Shown: piece after piece, positions 10,607 to 22,320 of the stretch
Numbering within the stretch: position 1 is the first letter of the stretch
How the letters are laid out: each line of letters opens with the position of its first letter
Made by a program: the position numbers and the translations under genes
Assembly (NCBI RefSeq): GCF_004010195.1
Contig: NC_057753.1
Span: forward strand, 1,433,246-1,475,748
Source: Chiloscyllium plagiosum
Lineage: Eukaryota
Direction of reading: 5' to 3'
Length of the DNA: 42,503 nucleotides
Notes under the pieces: generated by a model
Told to the model about the DNA's origin: nothing
Databases searched by the model: none
What the model saw: only the letters and a program-made list of their open reading frames with translations

Positions 10607-12782
10607 CCCCAGGACCTGATCAGATGTGCCCCAGAACTCTGTGGGAAGCTAGAGAAGTGATTGCTGGGACCCTTGCTGAGATATTTTTATCATCGATAGC
10701 CACGGGTGACGTGTGGAAGACTGGAGGGTGGCTAATGCGGTGCTGTCACTTAAAGGTGTGAAGGAAAAACCAGGGATCTACAGACCAGTGAGCCTGATGT
10801 TAATGGTGGGCAAGTCATTGGACAGGATCCTGAGGGACAGGTTTTACATGTATTTGGAAAGGCAGGGACTGTTAGCGATAGTCAACATGGCTTTAGGGTG
10901 TAGGTTTGCTCGCTGAGCTGTAGTTTTGATATCCAGACGTTTCATTATCTGGCTAGTGGCGACCTCCAAGTGAAGCGAAGCTGTTGTCTCTTGCTTTCTA
11001 TTTATATGTTTGTCCTAGATGGGGTTCCTGGGGTTTGTGGTAATGTCATTTCCTGTTCTTTTTCTGATAGGTTGATAGATGGTATCTAGATACCATGTGT
11101 TTGTTTATGGCGTTGTGGTTGGAGTGCCAGGCCTCTGGGAATTCTCTGGCATGTCTTTGCTTAGCCTGTCCCAGGATAGATGTGTTGTCCCAGTCGAAAT
11201 GGTGGTTTTTTTTCTTCTGTGTGTAGGACTACGAGGGAGAGAGGGTCATGTCTTTTTGTGGCTAGCTGGTGTTCGTGTATCCTGGTGGCTAACTTTCTTC
11301 CTGTTTGTCCTACATGGTGTTTGTGGCAGTCCTTGCAAAAAATTTTTGTAGACAACGTTGGTTTTGTCCATGGGTTGTACTGAGTCTTTTAAGTTTGTTA
11401 CTTTTTATTTGAGTGTGTTAGTGGGTTTGTGTGCTACAAGGATTCCGAGGGGTCTTAGTAGTCTGGCTGTCATTTCTGAAACTACTTTGATGTATGGTAA
11501 GATGGTTAGGGTTTCTGGCTGTGTTTGGTCTGCTTGTCGTGGTTTGTTCTTGACCTGGCTTCGTGTGTGGGAAATCTTGTCTCACTCACTAACTTGGTTT
11601 AGTTTATTGAGTAAAGGACAAAGAAGATTGAAGGCAGAGTGGTGGGCGTTGTCTATGTGGACTTCAAGGCATTCAACAACATTCCGCATGGTTGGCAAGG
11701 TTACAATGCATGGAATCCAGGGAATACAAAATTGGCTCGAAGATAGGAGACAGAAGGTGGTGGTGGTGGAGGGTTACTTTTCAGACTGGGGGCCTGTGAC
11801 TGGCAACATGCCACAAGGATCAGTGCAGGATCCATTGCTTTTAGTCGTTTAAATAAATGATTTGCATGTGAACATAGGTGGTATGGTTTGTAAGTTTGCA
11901 GATAACACCAAAATTGGAGGTTTGATGGACAGCAAAGGTGGCTACATCAGAGTACAACAGGATCTTGATCAGATGGGCCAATGGGCTGAGAAGTGGCAGT
12001 TGGAGTTTAATTTAGACAAATGTCAGATGCTGCATTTTGGAAAGGCAAATTAAGGTAGGACGTAAACTCTTAATGGTAAGGTCCTGGGGGGATGTTGCTG
12101 AACAAAGGGACCTTGGAATGCAGGTTCATAGCTCCTTGACAGTGGAATCACAGGTAGACAGGGCATTGAAGAAGGCACTCTGTATGCTTGTCTTTATTGG
12201 TCAGTGCACTGAGTACAGGAGCTGGGAGGTCTTGTTGCAGCTGTACTGGACATTGCTTTGGCCACTTCTGGAATACAGTGTGGAATTCTGATCATCCTGC
12301 TATTGGAAGGATGTTGTGAAACTTGAGGGTTCAGAAAATATTTACAAGGATGTTGCCTGGGTTGGAGGTATAAGGAGAGGCTGGGGCTATTTTCCCTGGA
12401 GTGTCAGAGGCTGAGGAGTGATCTTCCAGGGGCATAAAATCATGAGCAGCATGGACACAGGGATTAGCCAAGGTCTCGTCCCTAGGTTAGGGGAGTCCAA
12501 AACTCAGGGGCATACATTTAAGATAAGAGGGGGAAGATTTAAAAGGGATCTAAGGGGTGACTTTCTCACGCAGAGAGTGATGTATGGAATGAGCTGCCAG
12601 ACGTGGTGGTACAATTGCAACATTTAAAAGGCGTCTCTTTGGGTACATAAGTAGGAAGGGTTTAGAAGGATATGGGGCAAATGCTGGTAAATGGGACTAG
12701 ATCAATTTGGGATTTCTGGTCAGCATGGGTGAGTTAGACCGAAGGGTCTGTTTCTGTGCTGTACAACCTGATGATTCAATGA
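10607..12782 (+). mobile_element. Decayed CR1/HER1 LINE interrupted by a PLE
   Basis: EDWRVANAV..PGIYRPVSL, MPQGSV, KFADNTKIGG, 3' UTR to about 12782. Confidence 0.9.
10896..11555 (-). mobile_element. Penelope-like element fragment (GIY-YIG endonuclease) inserted in CR1
   Basis: ORF 11161-11355 CKDCHKHHVGQTGRKLATRIHEHQLATKRHD; TGGCTT duplicated at 10888-10893 and 11556-11561. Confidence 0.85.
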
Positions 12783-12959
12783 CTCCCAGTTCTAACCTCT
12801 CCCATAAGAGGGAATATCTACTCTATATTCACCCTGTCAATATCACTTCAGATACTATATATTTCAATCAACTTTCCTCTTACTGTTCGACACCCCTGCA
12901 AATGAAAGCCAAACCAGTCCAAACTTTTGTGGTTAAAGATGCCCTCCAACGCATCTCGT

Positions 12960-13556
12960 NNNNNNNNNNNNNNNNNNNNNNNNNNNNNNNNNNNNNNNNN
13001 NNNNNNNNNNNNNNNNNNNNNNNNNNNNNNNNNNNNNNNNNNNNNNNNNNNNNNNNNNNNNNNNNNNNNNNNNNNNNNNNNNNNNNNNNNNNNNNNNNNN
13101 NNNNNNNNNNNNNNNNNNNNNNNNNNNNNNNNNNNNNNNNNNNNNNNNNNNNNNNNNNNNNNNNNNNNNNNNNNNNNNNNNNNNNNNNNNNNNNNNNNNN
13201 NNNNNNNNNNNNNNNNNNNNNNNNNNNNNNNNNNNNNNNNNNNNNNNNNNNNNNNNNNNNNNNNNNNNNNNNNNNNNNNNNNNNNNNNNNNNNNNNNNNN
13301 NNNNNNNNNNNNNNNNNNNNNNNNNNNNNNNNNNNNNNNNNNNNNNNNNNNNNNNNNNNNNNNNNNNNNNNNNNNNNNNNNNNNNNNNNNNNNNNNNNNN
13401 NNNNNNNNNNNNNNNNNNNNNNNNNNNNNNNNNNNNNNNNNNNNNNNNNNNNNNNNNNNNNNNNNNNNNNNNNNNNNNNNNNNNNNNNNNNNNNNNNNNN
13501 NNNNNNNNNNNNNNNNNNNNNNNNNNNNNNNNNNNNNNNNNNNNNNNNNNNNNNNN
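12960..13556. other. Assembly gap
   Basis: Run of N. Confidence 1.
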
Positions 13557-13777
13557 CTCCCCCCTCTCCTCCCTGACCTATCACCTTCATCTCCTTCCCC
13601 ACTGACCTATTGTACTCTATGCTACTCTATCCCCACCCCCACCCTCCTCTAGCTTATCTCTCCACGCTTCAGGCTCTCTGCCTTTATTCCTGATGAAGGG
13701 CTTTTGCCCGAAACGTCGATTTTTGCCTGTCCTCGGATGCTGCCTGAATTGCTGTGCTCTTCCAGCACCACTGATCC
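13557..13777 (+). mobile_element. PLE 3' end, family A
   Basis: Pyrimidine-rich tract, hammerhead motif, then GGATGCTGCCTGAATTGCTGTGCTCTTCCAGCACCAC. Confidence 0.8.
13690..13717 (+). ncRNA. Minimal type I hammerhead ribozyme motif
   Basis: CTGATGA-A-GGGC TTTT GCCC-GAAACGTC; intact core, palindromic ACGT in place of helix III. Confidence 0.75.
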
Positions 13778-14034
13778 ACAACCTTTTGTCACCCTACCCA
13801 TTTGAGGTATTAGATAAGAGGTCAAAAGTAGGAGACCCAAATTTGAGGTCATCGTTGGAAAGGATTAGAGGGTAAATGAGGTGAACCATCTTTGTTTCCC
13901 ACCCAGTCTGGGTTTGGGACCTGGAACTCTCTTCCTGAAAGGGTGTCAAAGGTAGGAAGTCTCGCCACAGGTAAAATAAAGTTGGATGTCTACTCTAAAG
14001 TAGGTGAACCAGCTGTGTCCAGTGTGAAGTTGCT

Positions 14035-14911
14035 GGTGTTTCGGCAGGATGAATAAAGTTGTGAATGCCTTCACACACACTCACACAGAGCAAGAGTACG
14101 GTCTCTCCCCAGTGTGAACTGCTGGTGCACAGTGAGGTCAGATGACTTTCTGAACCACACTCTCAGTCAGAGCACCTGAACGGTGCCTCGTCAGTGTGAA
14201 CCCACTGGTGGTGAATGAGCTCGCTGGAATTCTTAAAGCACTTTTCACTGTCTGGACATTGAAAGGGTCTCTTCCCCAGTGTAAACTCACCGGTGTCTTA
14301 ACAAGCTGGAGAGACAAGTGAATCGCTTCCCACACTCTGTGCAGCTGAACGACCTCTCTCCAGTGTGGACAAACTGGTGTACAGTGAGATCAGATGATCG
14401 TCTGAACTTAGTCCTACAGTCAGAGCATCTAAACTGTCTCTCTCATCAGTGTGAACCCATCTGTGTTGTTTCAGTTCCTGGGAAATTTTAAAGCACTTCC
14501 CGCGGTCTGAACATTTTAAAAAGGTCTTTCGTCACTGTGAACCCACTGGTGCCTCTGCAGGCCGGCTGACTGAGTGAATCCTCTCCCGCAATCACAGCAA
14601 ATGAATGGCTTCTTCCCCAGTGTGAATTCGCTGATGAGTTTCCAGCTCAGATGGATAACTGAATCCCTTTCCACAGTCCACACATTTCCACGGTTTCTCT
14701 TCACTTTGACTGCGTTTGTGTTTAGTCAGCTCAGATGATTGACTGAAGCTTTGACAATCTGTTCAGTCCATCCCCTCTGTGAACAGTACACTTTCCTACC
14801 GTGTTCAAAGGCTGATCTTATTCGGACCACAATGAATCAAGCATTTCTGTCTGGTTTAGACGTGGCATTGGTTTGATCTTCATTCCTGAAAATCCTCCCT
14901 TTCCAATACCC
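14035..14911 (-). pseudogene. C2H2 zinc-finger pseudogene (about 8-9 fingers), copy A
   Basis: [60 protein letters not shown], with several frameshifts and stops. Confidence 0.88.
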
Positions 14912-14912
14912 T

Positions 14913-15200
14913 AGGGCGGTACGGTGGCTCAGTGGTTAGCACTGCTGCCTCACAGCGCCAGGGTCCCAGGTTTGATTCCAGCCTTGGGCGACTGTCTGTG
15001 TGGAGTTTGCACATTCTCCCCATGTCTGTGTGGGTTTCCTCCCACAGTCCAAAGTGCAGCTCAGGTGAATTGGCCATGCTAAATTGTCCATAGTGTTATG
15101 TGCATTAGACAGAGGGAAATGGGTCTGGGTGGGTTACTCTTCGGAGGGTCGGTGTGGACTGGTTGGGCCGAAGGGTCTGTTTCCACACTGCAGGGAATCT
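14913..15200 (+). mobile_element. HE1-like SINE at the ZNF copy A splice acceptor
   Basis: GGGCGGTACGGTGGCTCAGTGGTTAGC begins immediately after ATACCCT. Confidence 0.9.
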
Positions 15201-15384
15201 ACTCTCAACCTAATAAGGTGACTGAAAACTGCTGGATTATTTAAAAACCCAACTGAATTCACAAATAACCTTCAGGGAAGGGAACCTGTCACATAGTCTG
15301 AGCCTTCACAAGCCTCTGCTGTCTACAGGACAGGAGACAGAAAAAGGTTAAGAAGGGAGATAGGAAATAGACTTTGTGTATTTG

Positions 15385-15605
15385 CGAGTGTGGTGCTGGG
15401 AAAGCACAGCAGGTCAGGCAGCATCTGAGGAGCAGGAGAATCAACGCTTTGGGCAGACGCCCTTCATTCATTCCCGATGACTCACTGGTTTACGCTTGAA
15501 ATGTCGATTCTCCTGCTCCTCGGATGCTCCCTGACCACCTCTGCTTTTCCAGCACCACACTCTCGACTCTAAAGCACTGCATCTGCAGTCCTCACTTTCT
15601 CCTCC
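15385..15605. mobile_element. Palindromic PLE-derived mini-element, family A (diverged)
   Basis: Inverted arms GTGGTGCTGGGAAAGCACAGCAGGTCAGGCAGCATC / GATGCTCCCTGACC..GCTTTTCCAGCACCAC; the right arm carries the extra tail. Confidence 0.8.
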
Positions 15606-15814
15606 TCCATGAATTTTCAACTCAGGTGAACGTTGACAATCTCCTAAACTCTCCCCATGCGCCAGCAAATGGAAGAACAGCAACCAGTACCTGGGAAAAT
15701 CCCACCCCATAACCATAGACCAGGGAGCAGGTTGATATGCACAGATGTGGGAAGGCCATTTTGATAGAGTAGGTTGCAAAATATATAAAGGTTTTTGAAA
15801 AACACTGACCCTTA

Positions 15815-16135
15815 AAAGGGTCTTTTCACACAGGTGAGGGAGTTCAATACTGGATGGCACAGGTTTAGGGTGAGAGAGGAAAGATTTAAACAGGCACCTA
15901 AGGGGCATCTTTTTCACATAGGGGATGGTGCCTGTATGGAATGAGCTTCCAGAGGAAGTGGTGGAGGCTGGTACAATTGCAACATTTAGAAGCCATCTGG
16001 ATGGGTAAAAGAATAGGAAGGCTTTGGAGAGATAAGGACAAATGATGGCAAATGGGCCTGGATTTACTTTGGCAATCTGGTCAGCATGGATGAAGTGGAC
16101 CAAAGGATCTCTTTCCATGTTGTACAGCCCTATAG
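15815..16135 (+). mobile_element. CR1/HER1 3' fragment
   Basis: GGCACAGGTTTAGGGTGAGAG..GTATGGAATGAGCTTCCAGAGGAAGTGGTGGAGGCTGGTACAATT. Confidence 0.85.
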
Positions 16136-16136
16136 A

Positions 16137-16815
16137 GCTAAGTCTTGCCCTTTGTTTGTTTTTGCATTTGTCCAAATTAAACACCCTCTGCCACTGCTTA
16201 GCCCATTGACCCAATTGATCAAGAACTCTGTGATCTTAGATCAGTTGGACAGAAAAATGGCAAGTGGAGTTTAATGCAGACAAGTACAAGGCAGTGTATT
16301 TTAGGAGATCAAATGCAAGAGAAGAACCTTGAGAGCATTGATATACAGAGGGATCTTTGAGGGAGCTATGGGCTTGTACCCAAAGTGGCAACACAAGTGG
16401 TAAAGTGGTAAAGAAAGCATGTTGCTTGCTTTAATCAGTGAGGGCACAGTGTGTAAACGTTGGTAAGACATGTAGCTGCATAAAACTTTAGTCAGGCCAC
16501 ATTTGGAGTATTGTGTACAGTTCTGATCATCACACTATAAGAAGCATGTGTCACCTTTGGAAGGGGTTCAAGAGGTTTACCAGGGTGTTGGCTGCATTGA
16601 AGTGCATTAGCTATAAGGAGAGATTGGAAAAACTTGAAGGATTGTTTCTGCTAGAGCGGCTGAAGCTGAGGGGTTACCCTAATGCTATGAGGCCTGGATA
16701 CTCCGAATCTTTCTCCCAGGTGGAAATGTTAAATACTATGGGCAAATGTTTGAAGTGAGAGAAGGAAAGTTTAAATGAGATGTGCAAAAGAATTTTTTTA
16801 AACAGAGGATGACGG
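16137..16815. mobile_element. Head-to-head CR1 fragments (16137-16235 minus, 16238-16815 plus)
   Basis: Both begin at the 'DLDQLGQWA.KWQ.EFN.DKC' segment in opposite orientations. Confidence 0.7.
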
Positions 16816-17270
16816 GTCATCGAGATGTACAGCACGGAAACAGACCCTTCTTTCCAATTTGTCCATGCTGACCAGCTATCCTAACCTAATCTAGTCCCAT
16901 TAGCCAGAACTTGGCCTACATCCTTCTAAACCCTATTCATGCACCCATCCCGATGTCTTTTAAATGCTGCAATTGTACCAGCCTCCACCACTTCTGTGGT
17001 AGCTCATTCCATACACGCACCACCCTCTGCATGAAAAAGTTGCCCTTTGTTTTTTTTTTAAATGTTTACCCTCTCACCTTAAACCTAGGCCCTCTAATTC
17101 TGGACTCCACCACCCCAGGGAAAAGATCTTGTCTATTTTCCCTGTCCATGCTGCTCATGATTTTATAAACCTCCTATAAGGTCACCCCTCAGCCTCTGAC
17201 GCTCCATGGAAAATAGCTCCAGCCTATTCAGCCTCTCCCTATAGCTCAAACCCTCCAATTCTGGCAACTT
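16816..17270 (-). mobile_element. CR1/HER1 3' fragment
   Basis: Reverse complement of GGCTATTTTCCATGGAGCGTCAGAGGCTGAGGGGTGACCTTATAG through the 3' UTR. Confidence 0.87.
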
Positions 17271-18039
17271 GACACTTCAGAACCAGTTGGATACTCTCAA
17301 GAAAGGCAGAGGTCAAAGAACATTAAGACACCCAGTGCACCAACAGTAGGCAACCATTTGGCTTCTTGCATTGGTTTTACCACTTCCATTCACCCAACAC
17401 AATTCCATATCCTTTTTTGCCCTTAATTGAGCAGAAATAAATTAATATTTAAATGATTATTTGAGCTAGCATTCCTTTTTTTCCCAAAGATAATCCCACA
17501 ATTCTATTACTCTTTGCTTGTAACGCTTTGTAACTTCCCTCAGGAATGGTATGGCTGAGACCTTCTAAAGGTTGTCTCGTTATCCTGGACACTCATGTCT
17601 GGAGAAAAATGCTCCCTGTCATGTTAACTTATCCTTTTCAAGATCCTAGGAAAATCTCCAGCAATACTACCACCAGTCTTGTTGAACGTGGTCTTTGTTT
17701 GGTTAAAATTTCAAAGGGTTAGGTTACATTCTCATGAGTCTACACAGCATGCATTCCAAAACCAAGTTATCAAACGAGGAGACACGCAGAACCGATGCCT
17801 ACTCTGGCTGTGGGCTCCTCTAACCAGGAGCCTGAGGCAGAAGCTCCATATCTTTCTGATGTTAACCCTTTAGCTGAAAACTTTGCATTCCATTCATACT
17901 GGCCTTTTTTGTGTGAGACCGTGACATTTTAGTGATCTATGGACAACTCAATCCTACAATAATGTTTTACAAGGATTTCTTTCAAAGTACTAAAGTCCCC
18001 TTTCTGTGTTCTTGTAAGTTGGAGGGGTGCAATCTCACC

Positions 18040-18275
18040 CATGTTACATCTGACCAGGAATGCACTGCCAGGGGAGGTGGTAAATGTAGATATGACAGCA
18101 ACGTTTAAGAGAAATTCAGACTGATGCATGAACAGGCAGTGGATATAGACAAAGTGCAGGCAGAAGGGATTAGTTTAGAATGATATCGACATCATCAGTG
18201 CACGTTATGGCTGACAGAACAGTACAGCACAATGGAATGGCGAAGCAGTCTCGATGGACTGAATGGGCTTATTGT
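18040..18275 (+). mobile_element. Diverged CR1 3' UTR fragment
   Basis: GGAATGCACTGCCAGGGGAGGTGGTA..CAACGTTTAAGAG..GGACTGAATGGGCTT. Confidence 0.65.
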
Positions 18276-18278
18276 TGT

Positions 18279-18343
18279 CTTCCGGCCGCTGTTAAAGAAT
18301 GCGCAGGCATGCTGCTGCACATTGACCCAATAAACATGGCGGC
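18279..18343. promoter_or_regulatory. Candidate promoter motif cluster (ETS, NRF1-like, CCAAT, YY1)
   Basis: CTTCCGG 18279-18285; TGCGCAGGCATG 18300-18311; CCAAT 18327-18331; AACATGGCGGC 18333-18343; local CpG retention to about 18435. Confidence 0.5.
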
Positions 18344-18499
18344 TCCGTGTGAACATCACCCCCAATAAAAGACAGTTACCTCGGTTTGTCGCCGTACGAA
18401 GCGGCAGCCGTTTGCTGTGAACGGGACTGGGACGTTGATGGGCCAGTAGAAACTCTCAGTCCACACCATCTCCATTTCACTCCACTCTCCGTAACAAGT

Positions 18500-19252
18500 G
18501 AGATGTGGTTTATGAACATCAGCAAAAACAGACCTCAATGAACACGGCTCAGTCATGGATGGGATTAACAGCAAATTAAGTCACTGTAGTTGATCATGTA
18601 CCTGCTAGTGTGTCAGCAGGTAGGTTGCCCAAGTGGATCCCTTCCCATCTCAGATCAGGAGAATGGCCTGTGGCTGTGGTGGTGTAGAGTGAGGTTGTAC
18701 AATCACCTGAATCCAGTCCCACAGTGAGTGTACCTGAAAGGTTTCTCCTCAGTGTGAGCTCGTTGATGAGACACTGAGTCACCAGAAAGTTTTATAACCA
18801 TTTCCGCAATCTGGATATTTAGAGGGTCTCTTGTCAATGTGAACTTGTGGTGTTTCAACTGATTGGAAAACTCAGTGAATCCTTTCTCACACTTGGAGAA
18901 GGCGAATGGTCTGTCCTCAGTGTAAACTCGCTAGTGTCTCAGCAAAGTGGATAATTAAGTGAAAGCCTTCTGTCACTTGAAGCAACTGAATAGCTTCTCC
19001 CCAGTGTGTCAGTGAGTTTCCAGCTCAGATGGGGACCTGTATCCCTTTCCACAGTTTCCCCATTTCCACGGTTTCTCCCCACTGCGATGACAATTATGTC
19101 TCAACAGGTCAGATGATTGACTGAATTCCTGTACACGCAGTAAATGTGTGCACTTTCTTCCCAATCTGGTGTTTTTCCTTCTCTGTTCAAAATCCAATGA
19201 CGTTCAGATTCTGATGTGATCCCATTGCTATAAATCTTCCCATTCTGATACC
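18500..19252 (-). pseudogene. C2H2 zinc-finger pseudogene, copy B, with 3' flank
   Basis: [34 protein letters not shown], further fingers with stops; acceptor CACAG|GGTATC at 19253/19252. Confidence 0.85.
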
Positions 19253-19369
19253 CTGTGATATCGATTTGAAATAGACAAAAAAAAGGATGAGAGAAAACCC
19301 ATAAAAACATAGTGACAGATTCTAAAATGAATTAATCTAATAATTGTGGGACTGGCACTTTGAAAAAGT

Positions 19370-19501
19370 GAGGAGAAAGTGAGGTCTGCAGATGCTGGAG
19401 ATCAGAGCTGGAAATGTGTTGCTGGAAAAGCACAGNNNNNNNNTTTTCCTGTTCCCTGGATGCTGCCTGACCTGCTGCGCTTTTCCAGCAACACATTTCC
19501 A
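19370..19501. mobile_element. Palindromic PLE-derived mini-element, family A (centre collapsed into N at 19436-19443)
   Basis: Inverted arms; ACTTTGAAAAAGT duplicated at 19357-19369 and 19502-19514. Confidence 0.85.
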
Positions 19502-19886
19502 ACTTTGAAAAAGTAACCAGGAAATGTTCTAAGTTGTCATAAAATCCCACTTGATGTCCTTCAGGAATGGGAACTTGCCACTCAGTCTGGGCTCACACAA
19601 GACTCCATTCTCTGTGGGAGAAGTCAGAGAGATAGATAGGAGGGAAGGATTATACGCACCTACAAGTTGATTAGAATTTTGACAAAACCTCCCAAGCTCC
19701 ACCAGCTAGGTCACACACTTTCCTAACTTGTCTGACATCTGTTTGTGGATGAGCAGAAGTTTCCTTCATTTATATTGGGAAGATTGTCTTCAGTCCTCAC
19801 CACAAACTCCATTCCAATCTCTGGGAATTGTCTGAGGCCGAATCAGGCTTTGCATAACCCTGGTGAAATACCCTATCCCAAGATGA

Positions 19887-20230
19887 GTGGCAGGGTGGCT
19901 CAGTGGTTAGCACTGCTGCCTCACAGTGCCTGGGACACAGGTTCGATTCCATCTTCAGGCGACTGTGCAAATTCCACACAGACATTCTCCCTGTGTCTGC
20001 ATGAGGTTCCTCCCACAGTTCAAAGATGTGCAGGTTAGGTGGATTGGCCATGTTAAATTGCTTATAATGTCTAAGCATGTGCAGGCTGGGTGGATTAGGC
20101 ATGGGAAATATAGTGTTACAGGAATGGGGTAGAGGGGTGGGTCTGGGTGGGATGCTGTTCATAGGGTCAGTGCAGACCGAACTGTGAACCATGGGCTGAA
20201 TGGCCTTCTGCCATACTGTAGGGATTCTGT
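19887..20230 (+). mobile_element. HE1-like SINE
   Basis: GTGGCTCAGTGGTTAGCACTGCTGCCTCACAG..GGTTCGATTCC. Confidence 0.85.
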
Positions 20231-20269
20231 CTTAGTAATGTTTTTTAAAAGATCCCCCTACAGTATGGA

Positions 20270-20487
20270 AACAGGCCCTTCGGCCCAACCAGTCCACACT
20301 GAGCCTCCGAATAGTAACCCACCCCAGACCCAATTCCCTCTGACTAATGCGCCTAACACTATGGGTAATTTAGCATAGCCAATTCACCCTAACCTGCATC
20401 TTTGGACTGTGGGAGGAAACCCACGCAGACACGGGGAGAATGTACAAACTCCACGCAGATAGTCACCCGAGGCTGGAATTGAACCCA
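20270..20487 (-). mobile_element. HE1-like SINE, 5'-truncated
   Basis: Tail and core present; stops at the B box. Confidence 0.85.
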
Positions 20488-21039
20488 TTATAACATTATC
20501 TAACTCCCACCCTAGACTCAGCTCATCTGCTGCTGAAACTCTCAACCGCTCGTTTGCTACCTCTAGACTTGCCTATCGGAAGACGCTGCCGGCCAGCCCC
20601 TCACATTCAACATCCCTGTAATCCCGAGCTCATCCAAAACTCTGCCTGTGTGCAGACCAGCACCAAGTCTTGTTTACCCAGCGCCACTCTATAATTCGCA
20701 AGAGACAATGAGCTATCCAGTGAAATTAAGCACAGAAGCATAAAGAGGTGACAGGTTTACTAAATTGGATTAAATAAAAAAAACCTTCCCCAACATAGGG
20801 TAAGGTGTAGAGGAGCAGAATAAGACAGAGATAGAAGATTCTAGCTGACAGCTTGTCTTGTTATGTACCAGGTTTGAGAGATCAAGATCAGTAATTTTCA
20901 ACACTTTAACAAAGGATATTTTATTCTATTGTTAAGGAATAGAAGCTGAGCATATTCGCTGTCTTCTACCATACCCTGTACTGTTCCATCAATCAGAGTA
21001 CACGTTGCTAGGCCCGTTTGTCTAGTCACTTACCCTGGG

Positions 21040-21271
21040 TCAGCTGCTGGCTGTATCTGAGGGTGACCTGAATTTGATCTAATTCCATTAGTTTTAAAAT
21101 AGCTATGGGAGAGGATTGGTCTGGTCAAGTTCTAAATTGCGGCAAGGCCAATTTTGATGGTCTGAGACAGGAACGTCCAAAAGTTGGTCGGGGGAGGCTG
21201 TTTACAGGCGAAGGGACATCTGGTAGTGGGAGACATTCAAAAGTGAGTTAATGACAGTTCAGGACCAGCAT
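21040..21271 (+). mobile_element. CR1 fragment (end of endonuclease and tether region)
   Basis: AATTCCATTAGTTTTAAAATAGCTATG..CTAAATTG.GGCAAGGCCAATTTTGATGG..GAGACATTCAAAAGTGAG. Confidence 0.7.
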
Positions 21272-21480
21272 TGTAGAAGCCTGCGACAGCTCAACTGAAA
21301 TAAAAATCATTAAGAGAGGAGGTACAGCAACTGAAATGGGCATCTAAATTGTCCAACAAGCAAAATATGCTGGGAATACCTGAGCTAAGACATGATGTGG
21401 AGATGTCGATGTTGGATTGGGGTGGACAAAGTTAAAAAAATCACAACACCAGATAATAGTCCAACAGATTTATTTGGAAG

Positions 21481-21515
21481 TACTAGCTTTCGGAGCCCTG
21501 CTCCTTCATCAGGTA
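21481..21515 (-). ncRNA. Minimal type I hammerhead ribozyme motif (family B, intact)
   Basis: TAC-CTGATGA-A-GGAGC AGG GCTCC-GAAAGCTA-GTA; stem I TAC/GTA, 5-bp stem II, palindromic AGCT. Confidence 0.78.
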
Positions 21516-21929
21516 GCTGTGGAGCAGGACCATAAGACAGAATTTATAGCAAAAGTTTGCAGCGTCATGCAACTGGAACAATATATTGAACAAATCTAGA
21601 TTGCTGTTAAGTCTTTCATCTTTTAGAATGGGTTGCAGGTTTCGGTTCATTAATACGTAAATCCCAGAACTTCTTTTAAGTCTCATTCTTGAGATAACTT
21701 CATTCTTAATAAAAAAGTTAACATCTCAGCTCTGACAATGTATTAAATGCGTGAGGTTAGACTCTGTGTGTATCCCAATCTTGAGTCAGACTGGTTCTAC
21801 TTCCAAAATAGAAATTTAAGAAATGTTATATGGATTGACGGCCTGCATTAACTGCCTGCAGATTGTGTGCTTTTTCAGCATAATAGAATGTATCTGCAAA
21901 TGGAAATTCACCCATAGACGTGTGGGTGT

Positions 21930-22159
21930 GGGTGCATGAGAGAGATTGTGAGTGTGTGCATTTGAGTTTGTAAGTGTGCGTCAGAGAGTGTGTGTACTTG
22001 AGTGTGACATAGTGTAAGCCTGTGATAGGAGAGTCAACCTGCGAAGAGAGTAATAGCCTGACAATGCATCAGACCAGCAACGGTATGAGTATCTGGGAAG
22101 TATTGGGTGCATGAGAGAGATTGTGAGTGTGTGCATTTGAGTTTGTAAGTGTGCGTCAG

Positions 22160-22195
<36 letters not shown>

Positions 22196-22320
22196 CTTTA
22201 TCGTGTGTGTACTTGAGTGTGACAGAGTGTAAGCCTGTGATAGGAGAGTCAACCTGCGAAGAAAGTAATAGCCTGAACAATGCATCAGACCAGCAACGTT
22301 ATGAGTATCTGGGAAGTATT
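21930..22320. repeat. Tandem duplication (21930-22104 / 22105-22320), with (GT)n expanded in the second copy
   Basis: GGGTGCATGAGAGAGATTGTG...TATCTGGGAAGTATT occurs twice. Confidence 0.88.

Larger units (their letters stand above)
19710..20690 (+). mobile_element. Old L2-like LINE fragment interrupted by two SINEs
   Basis: TTGTCTGACATC..TGGATGAGCAG..TATTGGGAAG before the SINEs; GCTGCTGAAACTCTC..TACCTCTAGACTTG after them. Confidence 0.6.

Noticed and set aside
15468..16214. 248-aa minus-strand ORF
   Set aside because: Chimeric read-through of CR1 pieces and a PLE terminus; no coherent domain.
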